A DNA stretch of 64,000 nucleotides, taken from the IMG/VR virus record IMGVR_UViG_3300042307_000844. The stretch is one strand, 5' to 3'. Under the pieces are notes generated by a model that saw nothing but the letters and a program-made list of their open reading frames with translations, searched no databases and was not told where the DNA came from. This document shows positions 25,855 through 36,086 of the stretch, piece by piece (position 1 is the stretch's first letter; each line of letters opens with the position of its first letter). The stretch is from a virus (taxonomy: Duplodnaviria > Caudoviricetes). The position numbers and the translations under genes were made by a program.

Positions 25855-26968
25855 CTAATTCATCATCCTCTTCCAATGCCACCAGATCATCATCTTCAGG
25901 AGAAGAACCATACGCCCAATGGATTTTGATGCGCTTCTCAAGTTCGGGTAGCAATTTGTGTTCCCAAAGATCAATATTCTTGGAGAATGATTTATAATAA
26001 CCAAGCTTATTTCCTTCCCAATCGGTATATGATGAGCCAGAATTACTAACAACTCCCATACCCTTCATGATTTCCAGAAGACCAAAATACTTGTCAATAC
26101 CCTTGCTAAAGGAGAGATAAAATTCTCCCTCCAGATATTGCTTGATGAAGCGATTCTTAACAGTTAGAGCGCGAATCACAACACCAGAATAGTTCTTTTG
26201 GGAAGCAGATAACTTATCACTAACTTGCTTATTCTCCGAATCCTTGACAAGCTTTCGTGCAAGCTGAACTGTCACGGATGGAAGATACACCGCAGCCTTA
26301 CCTCCCGGCATGTTCTTCTCTAGAGAAGGATACATAGCACTTGGATCATCATACACATGATTGGTGATGACGATAGGAGTCTTGGTGAGAGTTGACATGT
26401 TCGTGCAACGCTTGAGAAGACTCTTGATCGACTTAGCAAATGTTCCCATGTCTGCTGACATGGAATCCTTATCCATTCTCGACAGTTCCATCTCAGAATT
26501 TAAGTTGGCAAGAGAATCAATCACGATAATGAATTTACCGAATTGCTTCTTCTCTCTTACATTAGTAAGGAACTTGTGAATGGCGTTTCTGGTTTGTTCA
26601 ACCGATTCACAACCCACATACTTTACTTTTGAAATATCCAAACCGAATTTGGCAGCGGACTCAGGATCAATGGCACCTTCGGTATCGAAGATGACGGGAA
26701 TTAGCCCTTTCTTTTGGGCATTTGCCATGATGTTTAGAACAACGCCAGTTTTGAAGGCACCTGATGGTCCTGCAAATTGTGTAATTCTTCCATTTGGAAT
26801 ACCACCATACAACGAACCGGAAATCAGGGCATTTAGCACCATACTTCCCGTGTCAATCCAATCATCAACCGATGATAGGGTGGATTCACTTAGGAATGCC
26901 GAATACGGCACCACATCATCCAACGCTTTCAAAGAAGCGAATAATTCTTTATCAATATCTTTGCTCAT
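25844..26968 (-). CDS. uvsX: RecA-like recombinase (UvsX)
   Basis: 'DTGSMVLN', Walker A 'GPSGAFKT', 'DTEGA', 'IDSL', 'NHVY', and 'GG.AA.Y'. Confidence 0.92.
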   Translation of the reverse strand: MSKDIDKELFASLKALDDVVPYSAFLSESTLSSVDDWIDTGSMVLNALISGSLYGGIPNGRITQFAGPSGAFKTGVVLNIMANAQKKGLIPVIFDTEGAIDPESAAKFGLDISKVKYVGCESVEQTRNAIHKFLTNVREKKQFGKFIIVIDSLANLNSEMELSRMDKDSMSADMGTFAKSIKSLLKRCTNMSTLTKTPIVITNHVYDDPSAMYPSLEKNMPGGKAAVYLPSVTVQLARKLVKDSENKQVSDKLSASQKNYSGVVIRALTVKNRFIKQYLEGEFYLSFSKGIDKYFGLLEIMKGMGVVSNSGSSYTDWEGNKLGYYKSFSKNIDLWEHKLLPELEKRIKIHWAYGSSPEDDDLVALEEDDELDAD

Positions 26969-27013
26969 AATTTAACAGTATCTTGTTTCTTCTTTGGGTG
27001 TTCTGATCTTTGT

Positions 27014-27217
27014 TCAATCAATCCCACCTAATGGCTTGGATGTTACTCCCGTAAATTCGGTGTCCAACAATTCATGTCCCGATCTATCAGGAGTAACCTT
27101 TTCAAACACCAGAGCCAAATGATCCCGAATGATCTGAACCTGTTGGGGACTCAGATTATTGCTATCGGAGATTTCAAAATAGCCTTGTAGCCAATATGTG
27201 AACGATTCGGGAGACAT
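27014..27217 (-). CDS. Hypothetical protein
   Basis: 'SFTYWLQGYFEI...QIIRDHL', a small phage protein pattern. Confidence 0.6.
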   Translation of the reverse strand: MSPESFTYWLQGYFEISDSNNLSPQQVQIIRDHLALVFEKVTPDRSGHELLDTEFTGVTSKPLGGID

Positions 27218-27597
27218 TACAGAGAGTTAATGCTTACAACCTTGGGAGATGCACTTGAAATAACTTGCGGTTCCAGCGGAGGGGTGTTGATCTTTTCGTA
27301 TTGGGCAAGAATCCTCTCATCCAGAACGACATCACTTGTAGTGATATTAGCCTTTTGATAAGTCCAATTGTTTTGTCCACGGAATTCCTTGTTGATAAAT
27401 TCGAAGAAGAATACAGGGAAGCTCTGAACTTGAATCTGTCCACTTTGTTCGGGCTGGACAAACACAATAACTGGATTGTGGAGTGTCAGGGTGGTATCGG
27501 TTTCTCTCACCAAATTGCCGATGATGTTGCGTCCAATTTGGTCGATGATTACTACGTGTTTTTCTTTATCCATAATTGTTTTGTATGTTGCTGTCAT
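27217..27597 (-). CDS. Hypothetical protein
   Basis: Preceded by an early promoter. Confidence 0.7.
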   Translation of the reverse strand: MTATYKTIMDKEKHVVIIDQIGRNIIGNLVRETDTTLTLHNPVIVFVQPEQSGQIQVQSFPVFFFEFINKEFRGQNNWTYQKANITTSDVVLDERILAQYEKINTPPLEPQVISSASPKVVSINSL

Positions 27598-27602
27598 GTA
27601 TT

Positions 27603-27630
27603 AACTTACCTCATTATCTGGTTTTTTCAA
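27603..27630 (-). promoter_or_regulatory. Early promoter TTGAAA-N16-TAAGTT, 5 nt before ATG
   Basis: Same spacing as the other early promoters. Confidence 0.55.
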
Positions 27631-27865
27631 GGTATTCTTTCTGTTCTTTCAATTTTTTCTTAAAAGACTTACCCATGTTATTATTACGCTTGGCTAAATC
27701 ATGATAATAATCACAACGATCTTTAATAATGTGTCTTACGATCTCCAACTTGGGATTGGGAAAAGGAACGTCATGATTGGGATCGTTCAGAAGGTTGATC
27801 AGGTTGTCAATGATTCGGTTTTCTGCGTCCGTCAATCCTTTCAAATAAGCGTCTTGGGGTGTCAT
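27614..27865 (-). CDS. Hypothetical protein
   Basis: Packed ORF. Confidence 0.6.
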   Translation of the reverse strand: MTPQDAYLKGLTDAENRIIDNLINLLNDPNHDVPFPNPKLEIVRHIIKDRCDYYHDLAKRNNNMGKSFKKKLKEQKEYLEKTR

Positions 27866-28053
27866 ATTCTTTGTAATGTTATGTTGTTATCTATTCTTAT
27901 CTCAGAATTTGAAAATGTCCAGCATTCTTTGGTGTCATTTATAAAACAAACCCAATATAGATCATGTTCTTGGGAATAATCTATAATCAAATGCGCGTAA
28001 CCCTTTCCTTTCGGGGTAACTATCGGTATGGTGGGATTTAACTGTAATATCAC
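27862..28053 (-). CDS. Hypothetical protein
   Basis: ATGA-coupled ORF. Confidence 0.6.
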   Translation of the reverse strand: MILQLNPTIPIVTPKGKGYAHLIIDYSQEHDLYWVCFINDTKECWTFSNSEIRIDNNITLQRI

Positions 28054-28358
28054 TGCAAATTAAGTTCAATATAAAGAGGGTGGACAGACCAATCCCGATA
28101 CACTTCAATGACTACCCCATATAATGTCAACCATATCTCATTCCCATCGACAATTTTAGAAAATCCTGATTTCGATAGATATTCAAAAAATTCAATACCA
28201 GCAATACATGATTGTAATACGGGCTTTCTACCAAATTCTGTTTGCCATTCCTCTAGAAATTCATCAATTCGTTTTACACAGTGAGCAGTCCTCTCAGATT
28301 GCCATCTTATATTTTTTTCAAGTTCTTCTCTATCTTCTATAATATCGTATTTTTTCAT
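28050..28358 (-). CDS. Hypothetical protein
   Basis: Packed ORF. Confidence 0.55.
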   Translation of the reverse strand: MKKYDIIEDREELEKNIRWQSERTAHCVKRIDEFLEEWQTEFGRKPVLQSCIAGIEFFEYLSKSGFSKIVDGNEIWLTLYGVVIEVYRDWSVHPLYIELNLQ

Positions 28359-28361
28359 AAT

Positions 28362-30869
28362 TTATTCTCCAAACAAGTCATCCAATTCTACGGTTAAGTT
28401 TTCGCTGGGTTTTCTCAATTTCCAACCCACTGCCCTATAAAATCTCTCAATCGCTGCATAAAACACTTTACTAAACATCTTTTCAAAGTCAACTGTGAAG
28501 ATGTTATCAAATTCTTCTGGCCAGTCCCCCTTGAATCCGATCATATCCAGATTGTATTTGTTGGGTTTCTTAACATATACCATGCGAACCTTGTCTCCCG
28601 ACTTGAATTTCTCATATTTGGAACCCCATCCGTTCTGTTCCATGATCATGTCGTGAAAATAAGCGGCTTTCAGATGGGATGGCATACCTTTCACAGTGTT
28701 CATACCATTACACCTTGAGGAATATTCTGCAAAATTGTTCATACTGGAAATCTTGGAAATCTCCGCAATGGATAGATTCTTGAATTCCTCATAAGCCTCG
28801 TTGAACATATCATTGGTTTCCTTCAAAGATTGAGACGTTATCATATGTTCAATAACTTTCTTAACATAAGGCTTAACCTTCTTGGGCATCGTTGTTTTCA
28901 CAACATCAACTCCCCGATACTTGAACTTGTCCACCTTGGTTCCCTCATCATCCAAAACATGAAGGACATAATATTTCTTACCGATGAAGATTCCGCTATC
29001 ACAAATGGTTTCCCGCTTGAACACAAAACGTGGATCAGTGCTTCTCAGGGCTTTTCTTGCCCATTCTGTTATATTTATATTAATATAATCCTCAATATCA
29101 TCACACAGCTTATAAAATTCATCGGATGCGGTTTCTAGCCCAAATTGTTTTAAAGATAAAAATATACTGTCCGTATCACCGTAAACACAACTTTGTTGTA
29201 ATAAGGATTCTGACAAATCCGGTAGATTTTCTCTTACATAATCCTGAAACAGATCATTGCTCTTCTTGATTACCGCTTGTCCAGTCAATGTAACCGATGT
29301 TCCAATATCCTCATCTCCAAGGGGAGCATATTTGTTGAGCATATAACCATACAGGGAATTGAGATGGATTTTGTAAGCGTATTGGATGCTATCGAATTTC
29401 TGCTCCCCTTCTTTATCCCCGTTCTTACGGCATTCCATCATCTTGTTTTTCATCTCTTTACGTTTAGTGTAAAGATTATCTAAGAATTCAGGAACCAGTC
29501 CGCGTTTCTTTTGGGAAAATAGAAATCCAGCCTTGGTTAAAGCCGCTTGTTCCTCATCAATGAATTTCTTGAAGTTCTCAGGTGTCATCTCAAATAACCT
29601 ACCAGAAACATGATGGATTTTTACCTTATCCCCATCCTTCTCCACCCTCCCAATCTTCGTTTCAGGAGAGAGATTCAAGGAAATCATCACCGATGGATAC
29701 AGGGAATTGGCATCAAAGGATACGATGTTCTCCGCAAACCCAATTTTTGGTTCTGCCACATAGCCACCGGGAGCGCGGAAATCCGTCACGGGACGAATGA
29801 ACGTGGGAATGTATTCCCCCCGCATACGGGCGCGTATGGCAATTGCTCCGTTCATTGCTGGAAGTGTTCTGATTGCGCTTTCCAGATCACATAATCCGGT
29901 GTATGCAAGGAATCGGATGAGATTGATATATCCCTTTTTTTGATCTAACCCCACAACGATTTCCACATCGCGTATATTGTAATCAGTGTAGGTATTCCAA
30001 TCATTCTTTGCGAGTTCCCAGAGATTGCCTTCGTGAGCTACCTTATTAATCCCCAATTCAACTTCCCCGATGTTATCCAGCTTATACGATTCCTGTTTCT
30101 CCAGATTGAACTTCTGATAAATCACATAATAATCAAGGATTGACAATCCTTCGACCACATATTCCTTGGATGGCATTCCAAATTTACCGTTTGGATTGGT
30201 CTTTTCATAAATTCTACCTGTTGGGGACAGCTTATCAGCCCATTCCTTCCCCAATTGAAAGGTGATTCGATTTACAAGATATGGAACGTCGAATGCTGCT
30301 ATGTTCCAACCACTTAAAACATCGAAACCTTCCTTTTGAAATAATTTGATGAATGATTTAAGCAACTCCTCTTCGGATTTGCACCAATAATATTTCACAT
30401 CATCTCTCGTGGTGTGAAAATTCTTCAATCCAAATACATGATACATCTTGGATTCGGAATTATAGATCGTGATCAGATTGATTATCGATTCAGCTAATTC
30501 CGGTTCGGGAAAATGTGAGGAATTCGGGCATTCCAAATCAAAATAAGCCACCTTCAAAGGATGTTGGGAGAAATTATCATCCTCACAAACAGACCAATAA
30601 TTATCAATCAGGAATTGCTGATATGGTGGCAAATTCTCATAAATCCGCTTAATATTACTATCTTTTACGAAATTATTCCTGTCGTATCCACTGGCAAATT
30701 CGCGTTTCGTGAGAGATGTCCCATATATGGACTTCTCCGTTCCCTTCTTGTCTTCCAAAAGGATGTAGGGCTTGAAATCATGTTCTTCGCGGATGCGCTC
30801 CCCATTCTCATTCCATGAAAAAAGTGTGATCTTTCTTTCCCGATTGTTGTAAACACAGTTCCTATACAC
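28362..30869 (-). CDS. gp43: Family B DNA polymerase (T4 gp43-like)
   Basis: Exo 'FDLEC', 'GWNIAAFD', 'YNIRD'; pol 'FDANSLYPS', 'KIHLNSLYG', 'YGDTDS', 'KKYY'. Confidence 0.97.
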   Translation of the reverse strand: MYRNCVYNNRERKITLFSWNENGERIREEHDFKPYILLEDKKGTEKSIYGTSLTKREFASGYDRNNFVKDSNIKRIYENLPPYQQFLIDNYWSVCEDDNFSQHPLKVAYFDLECPNSSHFPEPELAESIINLITIYNSESKMYHVFGLKNFHTTRDDVKYYWCKSEEELLKSFIKLFQKEGFDVLSGWNIAAFDVPYLVNRITFQLGKEWADKLSPTGRIYEKTNPNGKFGMPSKEYVVEGLSILDYYVIYQKFNLEKQESYKLDNIGEVELGINKVAHEGNLWELAKNDWNTYTDYNIRDVEIVVGLDQKKGYINLIRFLAYTGLCDLESAIRTLPAMNGAIAIRARMRGEYIPTFIRPVTDFRAPGGYVAEPKIGFAENIVSFDANSLYPSVMISLNLSPETKIGRVEKDGDKVKIHHVSGRLFEMTPENFKKFIDEEQAALTKAGFLFSQKKRGLVPEFLDNLYTKRKEMKNKMMECRKNGDKEGEQKFDSIQYAYKIHLNSLYGYMLNKYAPLGDEDIGTSVTLTGQAVIKKSNDLFQDYVRENLPDLSESLLQQSCVYGDTDSIFLSLKQFGLETASDEFYKLCDDIEDYININITEWARKALRSTDPRFVFKRETICDSGIFIGKKYYVLHVLDDEGTKVDKFKYRGVDVVKTTMPKKVKPYVKKVIEHMITSQSLKETNDMFNEAYEEFKNLSIAEISKISSMNNFAEYSSRCNGMNTVKGMPSHLKAAYFHDMIMEQNGWGSKYEKFKSGDKVRMVYVKKPNKYNLDMIGFKGDWPEEFDNIFTVDFEKMFSKVFYAAIERFYRAVGWKLRKPSENLTVELDDLFGE

Positions 30870-30903
30870 ATCAACAGATTACCACAGGTTCTTTCTAAGT
30901 CAA

Positions 30904-31563
30904 TCACTTGGTAGCAACCAATAAATCATATCCCCTTGCACTGTTTGTATTGGGATCGACAAAAATGTTCGGGAAGTCCTTGCTGATATGTCGTTTCAGC
31001 AATGTTTTATAGAAATTCATCCGTCTTGGATTGTTCTTATCAACTCTCATCATGATACCAACCAACTTGTCCGCGAATCCACCTTGAACACTGTGGATGA
31101 ATGATTGTTTCAACATCTCAAACAATTCCAAGGCATGGATTCCCACATTTCCAGTGTCATCATGTCGCCCACTGGAATCCTTGAACTCAACCATCATCAC
31201 ATATTCTCCATCTTGGATATTTAAAAATGGTTCATATCCTGAAACAATTTCCATCTGATTCTTGTGTTCCGCTTCAAGGGAAGCTTTGTTTGAAATATCG
31301 CGGATACGCTTGGCATTGTTGTAGCTCAAAGTTACTTGGAATTTCTGACCATTTTTCAATTCAATCTCATACGCATCAAAAACGCCGTCATCAAACGGTT
31401 CTTTGTCTTTGATTTTCTCAAATGATTCCAGAAGGAATAAATCATTGTGGGGGATAGATTCAAATATCCCGTCCCATCCAAAATCGGGTTCATCAATCAG
31501 AACGATATCGCCAAATCTGATAGACTCGTAAATAATTCCCAAAATTTTATCATCTTTTTTCAT
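30904..31563 (-). CDS. Hypothetical protein
   Basis: 219-aa ORF; N-terminus 'DDKILGIIYES'. Confidence 0.7.
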   Translation of the reverse strand: MKKDDKILGIIYESIRFGDIVLIDEPDFGWDGIFESIPHNDLFLLESFEKIKDKEPFDDGVFDAYEIELKNGQKFQVTLSYNNAKRIRDISNKASLEAEHKNQMEIVSGYEPFLNIQDGEYVMMVEFKDSSGRHDDTGNVGIHALELFEMLKQSFIHSVQGGFADKLVGIMMRVDKNNPRRMNFYKTLLKRHISKDFPNIFVDPNTNSARGYDLLVATK

Positions 31564-31565
31564 AA

Positions 31566-32756
31566 TTAATCATTCCAATATTTCATGAACCTACGGGATG
31601 GATCACCCCATGCTGTATTAAGTGGCTCCAAGAATGCCCCGATATTCTCCGGTCTTTCAAGGAATCTGCTTTCCCCAAGCTTTCTAAGCTCTGGAACCAG
31701 CTTGTAATATTTGGAACGGTTCTTGTAATTTAGAATCGTTTCCACCTTCTGTTCCAAATCGGTAGAATCTGTGAATTTAAGGAAATCGGGAGCATCCTCA
31801 TACGTCACCATATCCTGCACCATGCAAGGAATACCCAAACAAGCTCCCTCGATGTATTTGATATCGGATTTTGATCTGTTGAATGGTATGTCCTTCAAGG
31901 GCGCAAGAAGCAATTGGGGATTCAAAGAAGCGATGAATTTAGGGTAATCCATCAAAGATTGCCAAGGGTGGAATTCAATCTCCTTGTTATTAACATAAGG
32001 ATGAAGGGGAGGGGGATAAGCACCAATGAAAATAAACTGATACTTGTGGCGATTATCAATGATGAATTTCAGAACATGGGAGAAATCATCCTGTTGTCCC
32101 GTGACATTCTTCACATCAAAGTGCGCTCCCGATCCTGAATAAAGGATGCGTGGTTTCTTTTTATTTCTATCAAAATTCTGGATGACCTTACCATAATTAT
32201 AGTGATGTCCAATCCACCATTCGGGGGGGAAATTGGGGACTACTGAAGTCTTCTGTTGTCCCGTCTTCTCGATGAAAAGATCACGCATGTATTTACATGT
32301 CACTGTCACCTCATCCGCCATGTTCATCATGTCCACACAGTTCTGACGAATCTCATCGGAAGCAAATGCATGTTTATATGAATTATAATCAGGAATCTCT
32401 TCGTGGAATACCACATCATCCACCTCATAGACAATCTTAAATCCGCATTCGGGTTGGATGCTCTTGAGGAATTTGAAGAACTCCTTCTGTTGAGTGGAAC
32501 ACTGACGTTGCAGCTTGATGGTTTTTACATCCTGATACCAATCCTTGTTGAGAACCATTTTGGTGATTGTGGTGGAGTCTCCCAATCCGCACATATTGAT
32601 GTGATTCTCACTCCATCCTATACGATATTGACCACAACCTCCCCTGTCGGCGGCAAAGTTTAGATAAGTATTACCCCTTTTAGGGGGTTCTTGAGTGGGG
32701 GTTTTTACCGAATAGGGATTCTTAGGAAAAGGACTGCTGAATGGCTGAACAAACAT
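31566..32756 (-). CDS. Glycosyltransferase (GT-B-like)
   Basis: 'GCGQYRI', 'YEVDD', 'ADEVTVT', 'APLKDIPFNRSKSDIKYIE'. Confidence 0.8.
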   Translation of the reverse strand: MFVQPFSSPFPKNPYSVKTPTQEPPKRGNTYLNFAADRGGCGQYRIGWSENHINMCGLGDSTTITKMVLNKDWYQDVKTIKLQRQCSTQQKEFFKFLKSIQPECGFKIVYEVDDVVFHEEIPDYNSYKHAFASDEIRQNCVDMMNMADEVTVTCKYMRDLFIEKTGQQKTSVVPNFPPEWWIGHHYNYGKVIQNFDRNKKKPRILYSGSGAHFDVKNVTGQQDDFSHVLKFIIDNRHKYQFIFIGAYPPPLHPYVNNKEIEFHPWQSLMDYPKFIASLNPQLLLAPLKDIPFNRSKSDIKYIEGACLGIPCMVQDMVTYEDAPDFLKFTDSTDLEQKVETILNYKNRSKYYKLVPELRKLGESRFLERPENIGAFLEPLNTAWGDPSRRFMKYWND

Positions 32757-32785
32757 GTAGAGATTTATCCATATTTATACATTTG

Positions 32786-33658
32786 TCAATTGTTTATTCT
32801 TCTAGTAATCCCACCTTCTTTTTCAAGTTCAATAATTGATCCCGTGACTTGTTTCAATATTTCCTTTCTATGGGAAATTGCATAAACAGCCAAATCGTTC
32901 TTTTCAATTCTTTTTTTGACGAGTTCTACCAATAAATCAAACCCCCTCTCATCAAACGCCGCGTCAAAAACCTCATCTATCCATTCCACGTTAGATGACA
33001 CTCCTGAAATCTTCCTTTTCAAATCCTTGAATGCCCATGCACACGCGAGATCGACAGTTCTGCGTTCTCCACCGCTCAGATTCCAGTAAGAAATTTCCTT
33101 GCCCTTGTCATTGGAAAGCTGTTCATCAAAGTATTCATCGAATTTACAACGAATGGACATACCAAGATCATTAATATATTGCTGGATACTTGCGTTCATC
33201 ATGGAAAGGAGTCTCTTCACCACAAAGCTACGGACACCTTCTTCTCCCAGAACGAATTTACACACCTCATAATCTTCCGATTTCTGCTTGAGCAATAGGA
33301 AATTATCACGTTCCGTGTCATATCTCTCCTGCGTCTTGATGATATTCTCCTCAAAAGCTGGTTTGGGTAATTCATCCAACTTCAAATTATCCAGAGATTC
33401 CTTGTATTGTTTGAGACTAATTTCCAGACCTTCCAATTTCTGCTTGGTGACTTTAGCTTCGTTGATTTGGTCTTGAAATTCAGCTACCTTTTGTTGAACC
33501 TTTTCTTTTTTGGAATGAAATTGGGATTTATCTTCCTTCAATTTATCAATTTCCTCAACAATATTATCCAATTCGGATTGATATTGCTCCTTCATTTTCT
33601 CCAGATGTTCCACATGTGTATGGGGAATTTCTTGAAGGCACTTGTCACATTTAATCAT
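32786..33658 (-). CDS. gp46: gp46 (Rad50/SbcC-like) C-terminal half
   Basis: Begins at the zinc hook 'CDKC'; signature 'LSGGE', Walker B 'IDEVFD', and 'ISH'. Confidence 0.92.
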   Translation of the reverse strand: MIKCDKCLQEIPHTHVEHLEKMKEQYQSELDNIVEEIDKLKEDKSQFHSKKEKVQQKVAEFQDQINEAKVTKQKLEGLEISLKQYKESLDNLKLDELPKPAFEENIIKTQERYDTERDNFLLLKQKSEDYEVCKFVLGEEGVRSFVVKRLLSMMNASIQQYINDLGMSIRCKFDEYFDEQLSNDKGKEISYWNLSGGERRTVDLACAWAFKDLKRKISGVSSNVEWIDEVFDAAFDERGFDLLVELVKKRIEKNDLAVYAISHRKEILKQVTGSIIELEKEGGITRRINN

Positions 33659-33959
33659 TTTTCAAAATTTCGTTTAAATCTTTTCTCTCCGTTTTGCATA
33701 TAGCAAAAACACGATCAATCATTCTATTAGCGTTAGGTAACAATTTATAGGTTTTAAATTTATTCAACAAATCATATAATTTAGACATTCTAATATAATC
33801 ACCATCAGATTTTTCATTATCTAAAACATTTAGAAAATCTTCAATAGATGTCAACTTACCCCAATCCAATGAATAAGGAATTTGTGTAAAATGAGATTGA
33901 TGGTTTATCCAGTGTTCAACCCTACTTTTTTCAATAACGAATATTGGTTGTTTTTTCAT
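33651..33959 (-). CDS. Unknown 102-aa ORF inserted inside gp46
   Basis: Overlaps the stop of the N-half and the start of the C-half; more AT-rich than the flanks. Confidence 0.7.
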   Translation of the reverse strand: MKKQPIFVIEKSRVEHWINHQSHFTQIPYSLDWGKLTSIEDFLNVLDNEKSDGDYIRMSKLYDLLNKFKTYKLLPNANRMIDRVFAICKTERKDLNEILKND

Positions 33960-34873
33960 ATCACTTTCTCAATTTGTTCAATTTCTTTCACCTTCAGCTT
34001 CCTCAAAGTCTCCTTGGAAGAGATTTCGTTATTCACATGACCGATCTTTCCATCCAGCTTTCTCCAAGCATCATCCCACTTCTCTTTCTCCGTTTGGATG
34101 GTAGAAATATCCATAATAGATGTTTTAGCAATCTTTTCAGATGTTTCATCAATCTTTTCCTGAATTTCTTTGCGCTTTTGATCAAGAATCGCTTCCCGCT
34201 CTTGGACTTTCTTCAAATAATCTTCTTGCTGCTTGTTTAGGGTTTCCAATGTGTTATTGATTTCTTCCAACTTGGCAGAAGAAATGTTCATCTCCCCTTT
34301 ATTATCACGAATCAAAGTCTTCAATTCGTTGCTCATCTTACCAAAGACTTCCAGAGAGAAAATGTCATTGATGAACTTGCGCTTCTCTTCAGGTTTCTTT
34401 GCCATGAATGGGATGTTATCCGAAAGAGATAAAATATCACAACTACGACAAATCACAGGATTGGAACCGATCAAATCACAGATGAATTTGTCGGTGTTGG
34501 CAATGGAATCCTTGGTGATGTCTTCCTCGCATCTCAGAAGCGTCACAGTGCTTGGTTTGACTTGCCGCTTTATCGTGTATGTCTGAACGTCTTGCTCCGT
34601 CTCTACGTCGAACGTAAGCTCAATGGCACCCTTTCCTTTGGTGATGTTGTTGATGATGAAATCCTTTTTAATTTCACGGATGGTTTTACCGAATAATGCG
34701 AAATAGAAAAGTTCGGCCATAACTGATTTTCCAATACCGTTCACACGATCTGGATTATCAATATTCCTACCAGTGATCAGATTAAATCCTGATTGGAAGT
34801 CAACCGATATTTGGTCATTTCCCACACTGAGGAAATTTTGACCTTTTAAATTTTTATAAATTATTCGTCTCAT
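33956..34873 (-). CDS. gp46: gp46 (Rad50/SbcC-like) N-terminal half
   Basis: 'NFLSVGN', Walker A 'NGIGKS', 'LFGKTIR', then a coiled coil ending at ...IEKVI*. Confidence 0.92.
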   Translation of the reverse strand: MRRIIYKNLKGQNFLSVGNDQISVDFQSGFNLITGRNIDNPDRVNGIGKSVMAELFYFALFGKTIREIKKDFIINNITKGKGAIELTFDVETEQDVQTYTIKRQVKPSTVTLLRCEEDITKDSIANTDKFICDLIGSNPVICRSCDILSLSDNIPFMAKKPEEKRKFINDIFSLEVFGKMSNELKTLIRDNKGEMNISSAKLEEINNTLETLNKQQEDYLKKVQEREAILDQKRKEIQEKIDETSEKIAKTSIMDISTIQTEKEKWDDAWRKLDGKIGHVNNEISSKETLRKLKVKEIEQIEKVI

Positions 34874-34882
34874 ATTATTTTA

Positions 34883-35083
34883 TCATCCGCATTGTTTCAT
34901 TTTTTGGATAACTTCTTTATCAATCTCTTCTTGAATAATATCACGAAATATTTGCATTTCAATTGAATTGAACGCTTCATCATATTCTTCCTGTGTGTAA
35001 TCCTTATACCACCTACCAGTGTGGTCTTCATACACCCGAATATAACCATCCTTTACGGGAAATTCCTCATCTACACTTTTCAT
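34883..35083 (-). CDS. Hypothetical protein
   Basis: Packed ORF between gp47 and gp46. Confidence 0.5.
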   Translation of the reverse strand: MKSVDEEFPVKDGYIRVYEDHTGRWYKDYTQEEYDEAFNSIEMQIFRDIIQEEIDKEVIQKMKQCG

Positions 35084-36086
35084 ACAATTCGTCGTTGATT
35101 TTTTTAACTCTTACCAATTTATCTGGTTCTAAATTCAATTGTTCATAGAACTCGTCAAACATTCCCACAATATCAATGGAATCCACCTGTTCAACATCCC
35201 CGATTGTCTTGGTTGCCACGTTGTATTCCGTTGTGAGGCGGAATGGAGCAAAGTTGGACAGGTAAATCTTTAACTTCTCCACCTTATCATCATCCATCTC
35301 CTTGTCAATGATCAGCTTTACGATGTTTCCTTCCACATCCTCCGCTTTGTAGTCCTTAATCTTGGACAGGGGAATTTTGATAAATTCTGGAGACACCGTA
35401 TTCTTCACGAATTCCACCGAATCATCTTCCAGATTCAGAATGTGATAGCCCTTATCATCTCCGCAATCGTTGAAATCGTGGGGAAAGGTATTGCCAATAT
35501 AGCGGATTGTTCCCTCATTGTATTTCTTGATACTCTTAGTATGGAAATGACCAGACCAAACGTTGGTTGTTCGGGATGCTAGGAAATCCATAACTTGGAA
35601 TCCATGATCACAAACCTTGTAATTGTTCATCTGAAATGATTGAATTTCAAAGTGTCCAAAGATGTGATCAAATTTACCTTCCGGCAATTCATGGTTCCAT
35701 GGAACGAATAGCAATTTCTTACCAAACGCATCAAATTCCAAATTCTGGTCAATGATGGTGATGTTATCATGACCCTTGAGGAATCCCAAGCTATGGACAT
35801 CGGAACGGTTCTTGTAGAACGCATCGTGGTTGCCAATCACCATAAAGAGGTTGAAATTCTTGAATTTGGCGATCAATTCGGATGCAACGTGAATTGTCTG
35901 AACGGAAATCTCCGAACGGTTGTGGAAGAAATCACCAAGGAAAAAGATGTCTGAAATCTTCTTTTTCTTTAAATCAGCGACGATCCAATCAGCCCATTTT
36001 AAGGCTATCTCATGCCACTCCGTCGAATTTCCATATAGACCCAAATGAAGGTCTGAAAATAATGCTACTTTATTTTTCTTTATCAT
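35067..36086 (-). CDS. gp47: gp47 (Mre11/SbcD-like) nuclease
   Basis: 'SDLHLG', 'GDFFH', 'GNHD', 'GHFE', 'GHFH'. Start taken at MIKKNK (36086). Confidence 0.93.
   Translation of the reverse strand: MIKKNKVALFSDLHLGLYGNSTEWHEIALKWADWIVADLKKKKISDIFFLGDFFHNRSEISVQTIHVASELIAKFKNFNLFMVIGNHDAFYKNRSDVHSLGFLKGHDNITIIDQNLEFDAFGKKLLFVPWNHELPEGKFDHIFGHFEIQSFQMNNYKVCDHGFQVMDFLASRTTNVWSGHFHTKSIKKYNEGTIRYIGNTFPHDFNDCGDDKGYHILNLEDDSVEFVKNTVSPEFIKIPLSKIKDYKAEDVEGNIVKLIIDKEMDDDKVEKLKIYLSNFAPFRLTTEYNVATKTIGDVEQVDSIDIVGMFDEFYEQLNLEPDKLVRVKKINDELYEKCR

Noticed and set aside
28362-30869. Intein or split in the DNA polymerase or helicase
   Set aside because: All motifs are present at normal spacing and length; no insertion seen.
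33654-33963. Group I/II intron or intein in gp46
   Set aside because: I could not recognise intron core elements, and almost the whole insert is one ORF. An intein is excluded by the in-frame stop. Splicing stays open only as an experimental possibility.
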